A stretch of 64,000 bases of DNA, taken from positions 243,708 to 307,707 of the forward strand of contig NIVC01001326.1 of the NCBI GenBank assembly GCA_002269645.1, given 5' to 3'. Below are positions 10,809-35,784 of the stretch, piece by piece; the stretch's first letter is position 1; each line of letters starts with the position of its first letter. A model generated the notes under the pieces. The model made no database searches, was not told where the DNA came from, and saw only the letters and a list, made by a program, of their open reading frames with translations. Position numbers and translations under genes: made by a program. The stretch comes from Macrostomum lignano (taxonomy: Eukaryota).

Positions 10809-13356
10809 ATGCTCGGCGGTACAGTGCCATTTGCTACGGTAGCAGCGGCTGCGTTAGTTTGCCTACTGACTGCCTTGTCTGTCAGGCCGGCTGGCGCCCT
10901 GACCTGCAGCGAATTAAATACTACGCATAAAGGGGTTCTGCAGCCACTTTTTGGACAATCGTGAGTGCTCAGCTTCCCTTACCCAGCTTCAAGATCCCCA
11001 TCAACCCGGTGATTCCTCAGCTTCAAGATCTTCATCAACCCTCCTTACTCACTACTCAGCTTCAAGATCCCCATCAACCCGGTGATTCCTCAGCTTTAAG
11101 ATCTTCATCAACCCTCCTTACTCACTACTCAGCTTCAAGATCCCCATCAACCTGGCGATTCCTCAGCTTCAAGATCTCCATCAACCTGGCGATTCCTCAG
11201 CTTCAAGATCCCCATCAACCTGGCGATTCCTCAGCTTCAAGATCTCCATCAACCCTCCTTACTCACTACTCAGCTTCAAGATCCCCATCAACCTGGCGAT
11301 TCCCGAGCTTCAAGATCCCCATCAACCTGGCGATTCCTCAGCTTCAAGATCCCCATCAACCTGGCGATTCCTCAGCTTCAAGATCTCCATCAACCCTCCT
11401 TACTCACTACTCAGCTTCAAGATCCCCATCAACCTGGCGATTCCTCAGCTTCAAGATCCCCATCAACCTGGCGATTCCTCAGCTTCAAGATCCTATCAAC
11501 CTGGCGATTCCTCAGCTTCAAGATCCCCATCATCCTGGCGATTCCTCAGCTTCAAGATCCCCATCAATTCGGCGATTCCCCAGCTTCAAGATCCCCATCA
11601 ATTCGGCGATTCCTCAGCTTCAAGATCCCCATCAATTCGGCGATTCCCCAGCTTCAAGATCCCCATCAATTCGGCGATTCCCCAGCTTCAAGATCCCCAT
11701 CAACCTTACCGACTACTCAGCTTCAAGATCCCCATCAACCTGGCGATTCCTCAGCTTCAAGATCCCCATCAACCTGGCGATTCCTCAGCTTCAAGATCCT
11801 ATCAACCTGGCGATTCCTCAGCTTCAAGATCCCCATCATCCTGGCGATTCCTCAGCTTCAAGATCCCCATCAATTCGGCGATTCCCCAGCTTCAAGATCC
11901 CCATCAATTCGGCGATTCCTCAGCTTCAAGATCCCCATCAATTCGGCGATTCCCCAGCTTCAAGATCCCCATCAATTCGGCGATTCCCCAGCTTCAAGAT
12001 CCCCATCAACCTTACCGACTACTCAGCTTCAAGATCCCCATCAACCTGGCGATTCCCGAGCTTCAAGATCCCCATCAACCTGGCGATTCCTCAGCTTCAA
12101 GATCCCCATCAACCTGGCGATTCCTCAGCTTCAAGATCCCCATCAACCTGGCGATTCCTCAGCTTCAAGATCCCCATCAATTCGGCGATTCCCTCTTCAA
12201 GATCCCCATCAATTCGGCGATTCCCCAGCTTCAAGATCCCCATCAACCTTACCGACTACTCAGCTTCAAGATCCCCATCAACCTGGCGATTCCCCAGCTT
12301 CAAGATCCCCATCAACCTGGCGATTCCTCAGCTTCAAGATCCCCATCAACCCGGCGATTCCTCAGCTTCAAGATCCCCATCAACCCGGCGATTCCTCAGC
12401 TTCAAGATCCCCATCAACCTGGCGATTCCTCAGCTTCAAGATCCCCATCAACCTTACCGACTCCTCAGCTTCAAGATCCCATCAACCTTACCGACTCCTC
12501 AGCTTCAAGATCCCCATCAACCCGGCGATTCCCCAGCTTCAAGATCCCCATCAACCCGGCGATTCCCCAGCTTCAAGATCCTATCAACCTGGCGATTCCC
12601 CAGCTTCGAAATCTCCCCTTGGCCTCTTCCAGGTTCACCCTGACGCTCAGCCCCTCCAGCAACAAAATCATTGTTCGCATCTGCGGCCCAGCCTCCGATT
12701 TTGAGCTGTTCGCCGACTCGGCCGCTCTGCTGGTTCCCAGCCACGGCAGCGGCGGCACCGTAGTGAAGCTGGGGCTGGTCAGCTCCGGTCAGATGTACCT
12801 AGGCACCGGCTGGATGCTACTGGTGTACACCGGCGGAGATCCGTACTCGGCGTCCGACAACAGCGGCAGCAATCCGCAGTGCAACGGCTCGCGCAGCGTC
12901 CGAATCGTGATGGAGTGCAATCCGGGTATCTACGCGCCCGAGCTGGACTTTGTTGGCGAGATTCGCAACGAGCCGAGCCAGTGTCACCACCTGTTCAGCA
13001 TGCAGCACTACAGCCTGTGCGGCCTGATCCCGGACCCAGCCGCCGGCGGCAGCCTGGCTCCCCTGGCCGTCGTCATCGTAGCCATCCTAGCCGGCTTCAT
13101 CGCCTACCTTGGCGTCGGCATGCTCATCCAGCGATTCTATTTTGGCAAACGCGGCGCCGCCCAGATACCGAATTACACCGCCTGGCAACGGTTTGGCAAC
13201 GCGGCCGCCAGCTGCTGCGATCTGGTCTGTCGCAGCGAGCCCAGGCCGCCCAGAGCTCGCTACGCCGACGCTGCCAGCGAGGACGGACAGCCGGGCGGCG
13301 TCACAACGCATCACCTGTACGCCGATCAAGATGACGATCACCTGCTGCCGGGTTGA
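10809..13356 (+). CDS. M6PR: Cation-dependent mannose-6-phosphate receptor-like (MRH domain, TM, cytosolic tail), 291 aa; exons 10809-10960 and 12633-13356
   Basis: Exon 1 (absent from the ORF track) encodes the signal peptide and LQPLFGQS|FTLTL, compared with LKPLFNKSF in CD-MPR. Also YTGGDPY, C..SR.V.I.M.CN, a TM helix, the QRF..G..G..QIPN...W...GN....CD.VCRS tail and a DDHLLP acidic dileucine end. Confidence 0.9.
10970..12610 (+). repeat. 34-bp minisatellite (cagcttcaagatccccatcaacctggcgattcct) filling the M6PR intron
   Basis: Direct reading; it contains a higher-order duplication of about 300 bp. Confidence 0.95.
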
Positions 13357-13639
13357 GCCTATTATTTTATTTATACTTTTGAAGGCCGTCGCGTCGCTTG
13401 TTTTGTTTGCTGTGTACCAAAGTAGCTAGCAATTGCTTCTGTTTGTTATTCTGAATTAACTTGCATTCCAAACATGCTTTAATAAGATTTATCTAATTAA
13501 ACTAGCTAGCACAAGTTCTGATCTAAACTGTTTTGCTTGTTATAATGCGATTCTGAGATATTATGATATTGAAATTTGCGATTATATTCAAGATTTTACA
13601 CTTATCAGTCTTGATACTGAGTGGGTGACATCTTAATTC

Positions 13640-14588
13640 TGAAAGAGTGACATCCGACTCCTGTGAGTGACATCCAACTCCTGAGAGTGACATCCCACTA
13701 CAGAGAGCACACATCTAACTCCTGAAAGGGACATCCCAATCGTAAGAGTGACATTCAACTCCTGAGAGTGACATCCAACTCCTGAGAGTGACATCCAACT
13801 CCTGAGAGTGACATCCAACTCCTGAGAGTGACATCCAACTCCTGAGAGTGACATCCCAATCGTGAGAGTGACATCCCACTCCTGTGAGTGACAACTCACT
13901 CCTAAAACCAATCGTAAGAGCGACATTCAATTCCTGAGAGTGACATCCCACTCCTGAGAGTGACATCCCACTCCTGAGAGTGACATCCCACTCCTGAGAG
14001 TGACATCCAACTCCTGAGAGTGACATCCCACTCCTGAGAGTGACATCCAACTCCTGAGAGTGACATCCCACTCCTGAGAGTGACATCCCACTCCTGAGAG
14101 TGACATCCCACTCCTGAGAGTGACATCCAACTCCTGAGAGTGACATCCCACTCCTGAGAGTGACATCCAACTCCTGAGAGTGACATCCCACTCCTGAGAG
14201 TGACATCCCACTTCTGAGAGTGACATCCCACTTCTGAGAGTGACATCCAACTCCTGAGAGTGACATCCAACTCCTGAGAGTGACATCCAACTCCTGAGAG
14301 TGACATCCCAATCGTGAGAGTGACATCCCACTCCTGTGAGTGACAACTCACTCCTAAAACCAATCGTAAGAGCGACATTCAATTCCTGAGAGTGACATCC
14401 CACTCCTGAGAGTGACATCCCACTCCTGAGAGTGACATCCAACTCCTGAGAGTGACATCCCACTCCTGAGAGTGACATCCCACTCCTGAGAGTGACATCC
14501 CACTCCTGAGAGTGACATCCCACTCCTGAGAGTGACATCCCACTCCTGAGAGTGACATCCAACTCCTGAGAGTGACATCCCACTTCTG
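13640..14588 (+). repeat. 20-bp minisatellite (ctcctgagagtgacatccca)
   Basis: Direct reading. Confidence 0.95.
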
Positions 14589-15134
14589 ATTGATTTGTGA
14601 GCGCATAAAAAGTCCTGTAAATGATGAGCTGTTTTAAAAAATCTTTTACAATAAGAATTTCATTTTATACAACATTAACAAAAAAACTGTATTATGCGGC
14701 GTCTCAGCGTGACCAAAGTCAAGAATTATAATTAAATTAATCGCTCTTTTGCTTCACTGTTTTTTATTCATTAGATCTTGATTTAGAAGAAAAGAAATCA
14801 ACTTTAGCAAGCAATTTTCTGCTCTGTCGCCTGTTTATTCCGGCTGACTAATTAAACTAGCTATGCATTGCTAATCTAAGCTATTCTCAATTTTGAGTTT
14901 AATCTCGTGACTGGACTGTTTATCTGAAGGCCACTGAAGTACCCGCCTTCGCAATTCAAGTCTCTGTCTTTATCTTTCTTATGTAAACTAGTGAAATATA
15001 CTGCAGATATAATGAATCTTTCATACTCAGTAAAATCTATATTACTAAACTCTGCTGAAATCTATTTACTAAATCGCTTGGCCTTGCAGTGTCCGTCATT
15101 TTGCTACTCGTATCTCCTACTTCATAAAGTCTGT

Positions 15135-15565
15135 CTATCAGTGCCTTCTGTACTGATGTCTATGGGCTGAAGTGCCTTCTGTACTGATGTCTATGGGCTG
15201 AAGTGCCTTCTGTACTGATGTCTATGGGCTGAAGTGCCTTCTGTACTGATGTCTATGGGCTGAAGTGCCTTCTGTACTGATGTCTATGGGCTAAAGGTGT
15301 GCCTTCTGTACTGATGTCTATGGGCTGAAGTGCCTTCTGTACTGATATTTATGGGCTGAAGGTGTGCCTTCTGTACTGATGTTTATGGGCTGAAGTGCCT
15401 TCTGTACTGATATCTATGGGCTGAAGTGCCTTCTGTACTGGTGATGTCTATGGGCTGAAGTGCCTTCTGTACTGATATCTATGGGCTGAAGTGCCTTCTG
15501 TACTGATATCTATGGGCTGAAGTGCCTTCTGTACTGATATCTATGGGCTGAAGTGCCTTCTGTAC
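15135..15565 (+). repeat. 31-bp minisatellite (gtgccttctgtactgatgtctatgggctgaa)
   Basis: Direct reading. Confidence 0.95.
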
Positions 15566-16139
15566 TTATGCTTACTAGCTAAAATAGATCGTATCCTAAA
15601 ATGGCTTCACATCGACGTAAAAGTACATATATTACCCTTTAAATGAATAATTAGTATGCTAAACTTTACTCGGCTGGCGAAAATTAATTCAAATGAACAT
15701 GTGTACTATTATTTGGCCTACATTTAACTGAAACTAGATAGATAGTGGGGGTTAAGCTGGCTGGGTTAGAGAACGAGTCTTTGCTGTACATATAGCTAGC
15801 TATACTTGAATTGCAGACTATTATAAAGTTCGAAGGTGCTCATTGAGCAATCCTCATTGTCCCTGGTTCGGCCTTCACGTATCCTAAAGTGTAAGGTTAA
15901 TCTTTAGTCTCGGGGGGGGGGGGGCAAATTAATTCATACTCAAATGCCATTGCTGAGTTAGCGAGCGCAATGGCTAAGGCTTCGATTGAAGCAAAAGTAG
16001 ATAAAACTGACACAGTGAAGACTCACCAAGACTGGGAACTAATTTTATGGCCCAAGTTTTTACAACCTTGGTGCGCTTCTAAAGCCTCTAAATGTGTGCG
16101 CACAGCTGGCCTCGCTGAATTCTCTTATCTTCTAGGCCA

Positions 16140-16215
16140 GTCACGTGACCATTCTGCGATCACGTGCTCTGAGCTGAAATTCGGGTGCGTGCAGCCGCCG
16201 GCCAACCAATGAGCA
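16140..16215 (+). promoter_or_regulatory. Putative XDH promoter: two CACGTG E-boxes (one a perfect GTCACGTGAC) and a CCAAT box
   Basis: gtcacgtgac at 16140, atcacgtgct about 20 bp later, and aaccaatgag near 16205, all 200-260 bp upstream of ATG 16401. Function is inferred. Confidence 0.4.
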
Positions 16216-16400
16216 ATGGCTGGGCTGTGCGAAGTTAGCTGGAATAAATAGAGAATAGAGGTGTGCTTATAAAATTATGGTCAGAAAAGCAACGAAAGCG
16301 CTTTTAAGTTGCTTTCGCCAGGAGCACTGAGAGCAGCATATTGCCTACGAACAGAACTGGACTGAATTATTTTTCTGTGAAGCAGCACAAGCAAAAGAAA

Positions 16401-29483
<13,083 letters not shown>

Positions 29484-29984
29484 AGTCACTGAAGTTGCGG
29501 CCTGTTTTTGTTGCCATGTAGTTTTCATGATGCAATCATTTTTAGACTTAACAGACCTAGCAAAAATCGCTCTTAGTAAGAGGTCGAAACATTATTGAAG
29601 GCGTGATTTCGGTTCAAAAAGGATTGATGGTGTAAGGAGGCGCCCATTCCATTCCGTTCTTATCAGTCTTGAGAATATGAAGGCAAACTGGGCCTTCAAT
29701 GAAATTTCAAGTATATATTTTAACTAGTAGTATGAAGTGCGCATTGATTTGCTCTGAATCTGTTAAATCATTGTAGCTTACACATAGATTTTAGCGAATC
29801 AGTTCAATCATAAAGTTTACACGAATAACATTCTGATTTCAACTATTCAAAATGTAACCGATTGATTAACAACTTTGAGAATTAAGGATTTTTCTTTCAA
29901 AATCTGAAGAAATCATTTTGAAATTTGAAATTTCTTCAAATTTGAAGAAATCATTAAAGGATTTGGTAGATACCTTTGTCATTA

Positions 29985-32268
29985 TTCCTGCAGCGCATGC
30001 AGTTTCTGTCTGAAATGACTGTCACAATTCCTGCAGCTCGTGCAGTGTCTGTCTGAAATGACTGTCACAATTTCTGCAGCTCATGCAGTGTCTGTCTGAA
30101 ATGACTGTCACAATTTCTGCAGCTCATGCAGTGTCTGTCTGAAATGACTGTCACAATTCCTGCAGCTCATGCAGTGTCTGTCTGAAATGACTGTCACAAT
30201 TTCTGCAGCTCATGCAGTGTCTGTCTGAAATGACTGTCACAATTCCTGCAGCTCATGCAGTGTCTGTCTGAAATGACTGTCATTATTCCTGCAGCTCATG
30301 CAGTTTCTGTCTGAAATGACTGTCATTATTCCTGCAGCTCATGCAGTGTCTGTCTGAAATGACTGTCATTATTTCTGCAGCTCATGCAGTGTCTGTCTGA
30401 AATGACTGTCATTATTCCTGCAGCTCATGCAATGTCTGTCTGAAATGACTGTCACAATTCCTGCAGCTCATGCAATGTCTGTCTGAAATGACTGTCATTA
30501 TTTCTGCAGCTCATGCAGTTTCTGTCTGAAATGACTGTCACAATTCCTGCAGCTCATGCAGTTTCTGTCTGAAATGACTGTCATTATTCCTTCAGCTCAT
30601 GCAGTTTCTGTCTGAAATGACTGTCATTATTCCTGCAGCTCATGCAGTGTCTGTCTGAAATGACTGTCATTATTCCTGCAGCTCATGCAGTGTCTGTCTG
30701 AAATGACTGTCATTATTTCTGCAGCTCATGCAGTGTCTGTCTGAAATGACTGTCATTATTCCTGCAGCTCATGCAATGTCTGTCTGAAATGACTGTCACA
30801 ATTCCTGCAGCTCATGCAATGTCTGTCTGAAATGACTGTCATTATTCCTTCAGCTCATGCAGTTTCTGTCTGAAATGACTGTCATTATTCCTGCAGCTCA
30901 TGCAGTTTCTGTCTGAAATGACTGTCATTATTCCTGCAGCTCATGCAGTGTCTGTCTGAAATGACTGTCATTATTTCTGCAGCTCATGCAGTGTCTGTCT
31001 GAAATGACTGTCATTATTCCTGCAGCTCATGCAATGTCTGTCTGAAATGACTGTCACAATTCCTGCAGCTCATGCAATGTCTGTCTGAAATGACTGTCAT
31101 TATTTCTGCAGCTCATGCAGTTTCTGTCTGAAATGACTGTCACAATTCCTGCAGCTCATGCAGTTTCTGTCTGAAATGACTGTCATTATTCCTTCAGCTC
31201 ATGCAGTTTCTGTCTGAAATGACTGTCATTATTCCTGCAGCTCATGCAGTGTCTGTCTGAAATGACTGTCATTATTTCTGCAGCTCATGCAGTGTCTGTC
31301 TGAAATGACTGTCATTATTCCTGCAGCTCATGCAGTTTCTGTCTGAAATGACTGTCATTATTCCTGCAGCTCATGCAGTTTCTGTCTGAAATGACTGTCA
31401 TTATTCCTGCAGCTCATGCAATGTCTGTCTGAAATGACTGTCATTATTTCTGCAGCTCATGCAGTGTCTGTCTGAAATGACTGTCACAATTCCTGCAGCT
31501 CATGCAGTGTCTGTCTGAAATGACTGTCATTATTTCTGCAGCTCATGCAGTTTCTGTCTGAAATGACTGTCATTATTCCTGCAGCTCATGCAATGTCTGT
31601 CTGAAATGACTGTCACAATTCCTGCAGCTCATGCAATGTCTGTCTGAAATGACTGTCACAATTCCTGCAGCTCATGCAATGTCTGTCTGAAATGACTGTC
31701 ACAATTCCTGCAGCTCATGCAATGTCTGTCTGAAATGACTGTCATTATTCCTGCAGCTCATGCAGTTTCTGTCTGAAATGACTGTCATTATTCCTGCAGC
31801 TCATGCAGTGTCTGTCTGAAATGACTGTCATTATTCCTGCAGCTCATGCAGTGTCTGTCTGAAATGACTGTCATTATTCCTGCAGCTCATGCAGTTTCTG
31901 TCTGAAATGACTGTCATTATTCCTGCAGCTCATGCAATGTCTGTCTGAAATGACTGTCATTATTCCTGCAGCTCATGCAGTGTCTGTCTGAAATGACTGT
32001 CATTATTCCTGCAGCTCATGCAGTGTCTGTCTGAAATGACTGTCATTATTCCTGCAGCTCATGCAGTTTCTGTCTGAAATGACTGTCATTATTCCTGCAG
32101 CTCATGCAATGTCTGTCTGAAATGACTGTCATTATTCCTGCAGCTCATGCAATGTCTGTCTGAAATGACTGTCATTATTTCTGCAGCTCATGCAGTGTCT
32201 GTCTGAAATGACTGTCATTATTCCTGCAGCTCATGCAGTGTCTGTCTGAAATGACTGTCATTATTCCT
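29985..32268 (+). repeat. 43-bp minisatellite (tgcagctcatgcagtgtctgtctgaaatgactgtcattattcc), about 53 copies
   Basis: Direct reading. Confidence 0.97.
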
Positions 32269-32559
32269 GTAGCGTGTCAGCAGACAGAAGGAGGCAGAAG
32301 AAAGGCAGCAAGTTCAAAGCAATCAGCCATATCTAGAAAATTTCATAGGCGATTCCATCTGAACTGGGCGACCACCCAGAGGCGCTGGGCTGTCCCATGC
32401 GGTCTCGCCTCAGGAAATTCGGAAAGCCTATTATTATAACAAGGCAAATGATGTGCAATAATTACTTTTCGCTATCGTGGCTGCCATCACGGACAGCTGA
32501 AGCAGCAAGGCCGCTGCACTCGCAGAGTCTGCTACAAATTTTGCTGCGAACCGCCGGTT

Positions 32560-32720
32560 TTTGCTACAAGAAAAGGTTTTGCACAGCCCTGAATAGGGTT
32601 TGGCCATAGACAAGTTCGGTCCAGCTGCTCCTGCACTGAAGAGACAGGGGAGTAGCTGGAGTTTCTTTGCCAGTCTCCGGCAGCAGTTCATGGAAAAAGC
32701 AGCTTTGATAAACCTGTGAG
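32560..32720 (-). mobile_element. Possible decayed Gypsy integrase C-terminal fragment
   Basis: A minus frame reads FHELLP...LQCRSSWTELVYGQTL, resembling the W.E.LP...L.CS.AELVYG.TL motif of Ty3/Gypsy integrases. The match is short and judged by eye. Confidence 0.22.
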
Positions 32721-33514
32721 CGCAGCCCGGGCACACCAAGTACTGGCTTCAGAAATCCAGAAAGTTTGCGGTCCTTCTACTTGTCCGTGGGTGCAATTCA
32801 CTTCGTTGATGGATTTGCATCAGTCATCGTCATTGATTTGATTCCCACAGTTGAATTTCCTGGATGCGAAAAACTTCCTCTGCAGCGTTTCCGGTATCTT
32901 TTTATTGCTCTGGAAACTCGAGGAATGCAAGAGCGAGGAAAGTGCTTTTATCCCAAATTATTGCCTCAAGACTGAGGGCGGCTCCATCACCTCCATCAGG
33001 TTTGGCAAGCTGGGAGCTGGGAGGCGCAGCGCATACAAGCTATGGGGAATCCGGCAGTCACTTAGCAGTTCGGGCGGGCATTTAGGCCCAGGCGCATTAC
33101 ACAGCTAAGCTTAAATGGGCCAGGCTAGCTGGTGTCCATATTTCTACTGCTCCAACAAAATCCGATGCGGTAGGGCTTGGCGAGAAGCGGACAGGGGGGG
33201 GGGCACAGAACGGCTGCGGTAGGCGGTGCCGCATGGGGTCCTGGGCTCGCCTCGCGGGGGCCTCCTGTATCGCTTTCTTTCTATCTGGGCTATCTGTCTG
33301 TCTGTCTGGCATCGCAGCCGTCCCAGTCCCCGGGGTCGAGCTGGGGGTGGGGGCGATCGCCGCGGGTGCCCCAGAAAATAAAGAGGGAAAACAAGAAGAC
33401 AGAAGGAGAGAAAGAGAAAAAAGGGTCAGCTTTGGCGGCCGGAGCAGAAAGAAGACCAGCAAGAAGCTGAACGAGCGAGCGAGCAAACTCGAACAAAGGA
33501 GACTCATTCTCAGC

Positions 33515-34320
33515 ATGCGGCCATTGAAGAATCCTCGGCTGCTGCTCCTGCTATTGCTGCTGCTGCTGCTGACTGGCTGTCAATCCGGCAGTGATGAATG
33601 CCAGAAGCAGCAGCAGCGGCAGCAGAAACGGCCCCGCCGGTGGCACCCCATCGAGTTCTCGCCCTGCCCGCAGCCGAGCCAGCCGACTGTGCAGCTGCTG
33701 CAGCTGGCCACGCGGCCCTCGCCGCTGCGCCTCTACGCCGATGGCAGCGCGTCCCGGCTGCGGATTCGCTACCGGCTGCGCCTGCTCGAGGACCTGCCGG
33801 CGTCCGACGGCCCCGTCGGCATTCAGCTCCGCCTGGCGCCGGTGCTCCGCCAGCCGGTCGCCTGCCCGCTGCTGTCCCTGGCTGGCCGGCTGCTGGCCCG
33901 CCTGCTGCTGCTGCCTTCGGCAGCGGCAACTCCAGCGACGGCAGCAGTCTGCACCTGCCGGATCTGTGCGCCCTGTCGCGCCTGTCCGTCAGTCACGTGA
34001 TCAGCCCTAAACGGCATCGTCGATTCTGTCGTCGTCGACGACGCCAGCTGGTGCCGCGGCTGCACGACGTACCGATTCCGTGCCTGTGCAGCCTGCGGCG
34101 GGGTGTGTACCGGCAGCGGGCCCTGCCAGTGTACCCTGCCCTGCCCGGCCTGCTGAGCAAGTTCGGTGTCAGTCCCGACTGCATCAGCGGCGGCTACCAG
34201 GCGCAGCTGACGATGACGCAACGGTTGCTGGGCAAAAATGAGACTACGGCAGGCGGGGCGTTGCGCAATTTGGCCTGCTACAATATCCGGTTCCGGCTGC
34301 GGGTGCGGGATAAGCACTGA
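33515..34320 (+). CDS. GM2 ganglioside activator-like / ML-domain secreted lipid-transfer protein, split by an apparent frameshift near 33860-33925
   Basis: Frame A gives the signal peptide MRPLKNPRLLLLLLLLLLTGC and EFSPC...P.VQLLQLA.RPSPLRL. Frame B gives PDLCAL, IPCLCSLRRGVY, ISGGYQAQL and LACYNIRFRL, matching GM2A HFCDVL, LPCHCPFKEGTY, TTGNYRIES and LGCIKIAASL. Confidence 0.65.
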
Positions 34321-34394
34321 GGGAGCCCTCACGACTCAGGACTGAGCAAGTTGGAAAACTGGACTCATGATTGAACCAGTGCGTGAATGAATGC

Positions 34395-35340
34395 TTGAAT
34401 GAATGAGTGAACAGGTGACTGGATGAATGAATGAGTGAACAGGTGACTGGATGAATGAATGAGTGAACAGGTGACTGGGTGAATGAATGAGTGAACAGGT
34501 GACTGCGTGAATTAATGGGTGAACAGGTGACTTGGGTGAATGAATGAGTGAACAGGTGACTGGGTGAATGAATGAGTGAACAGGTGACTGGGTAAATGAA
34601 TGAGTGAACAGGTGACTGGGTAAATGAATGAGTGAACAGGTGACTGGGTGAATGAATGAGTGAACAGGTGACTGGGTGAATGAATGAGTGAACAGGTGAC
34701 TGGGTGAATGAATGAGTGAACAGGTGACTGGGTGAATGAATGAGTGAACAGGTGACTTGGGTGAATAAATGAGTGAACAGGTGACTTAGTGGAATGAATG
34801 AGTGAACAGGTGACTGGGTGAATGAATGAGTGAACAGGTGACTGCGTGAATGAATGGGTAAACAGGTGACTTGGGTGAATGAATGGGTGAACAGGTGACT
34901 TGGGTGAATGAATGAGTGAACAGGTCACTGGGTGAATGAATGAGTGAACAGGTGACTGGATGAATGAATGAGTGAACAGGTGACTGGGTGAATGAATGAG
35001 TGAACAGGTGACTGCGTGAATGAATGGGTGAACAGGTGACTTGGGTGAATGAATGAGTGAACAGGTGACTGGGTGAATGAATGAGTGAACAGGTGACTGG
35101 GTAAATGAATGAGTGAACAGGTGACTGGGTAAATGAATGAGTGAACAGGTGACTGGGTGAATGAATGAGTGAACAGGTGACTGGGTGAATGAATGAGTGA
35201 ACAGGTGACTGGGTGAATGAATGAGTGAACAGGTGACTGGGTGAATGAATGAGTGAACAGGTGACTTGGGTGAATAAATGAGTGAACAGGTGACTTAGTG
35301 GAATGAATGAGTGAACAGGTGACTGGGTGAATGAATGAGG
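34395..35340 (+). repeat. 28-bp minisatellite (gaatgaatgagtgaacaggtgactgggt)
   Basis: Direct reading. Confidence 0.95.
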
Positions 35341-35784
35341 AGACTCAGCTCGTCACTCATTGACCCGGACCTGAACTTGCTCTCATCTTCAATCCTGCAG
35401 AATTACCTCAGTAAAGCTGGCTAGCTCATGCTAACAATATGCTTTTCATCAATAAATATGTATTTATCATTTGAATGCCTATAGAAGCTGGTTAGAAGCA
35501 CTAATAACTTTTCTGGGTCAATTTTGCCAGCCTATATCAACAATGCTTTTCTGTATCCCGGATGTGTTTTGTACAGCCCTTCATGCTCACAGTTGTGCAG
35601 TGCTGTCAGCTGTCCCTGATTTGTTTAATTCGATCATGAATTAAATAAATATACGATTGTAATTCTCTAATGGCTTGACAAAGTTGCAGTTTAATCAGTT
35701 TTAATTGAAGCTTGCTGTGTCAGACTCGAACTGCTTTTTCAGGAAATAATTGAGTTGCCTAATCACCAATGGTAACTGTGTACA

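Noticed and set aside
10961-12643. 560-aa ORF and other long periodic ORFs (e.g. 24101-26920, 49158-50582, 13715-14583, 19866-20648, 42800-43632, 47376-48467)
   Set aside because: They are translations of stop-free tandem repeats lying in introns or intergenic DNA, with no coding signature.
29985-32268. Palindromic 43-bp direct repeats resembling a CRISPR array
   Set aside because: There are no unique spacers and no cas genes, and the context is eukaryotic.
33233-33514. Longer N-terminus for the GM2A-like ORF
   Set aside because: It is low-complexity and K/R/E-rich. The signal peptide starts at ATG 33515, directly after an acceptor-like AG.
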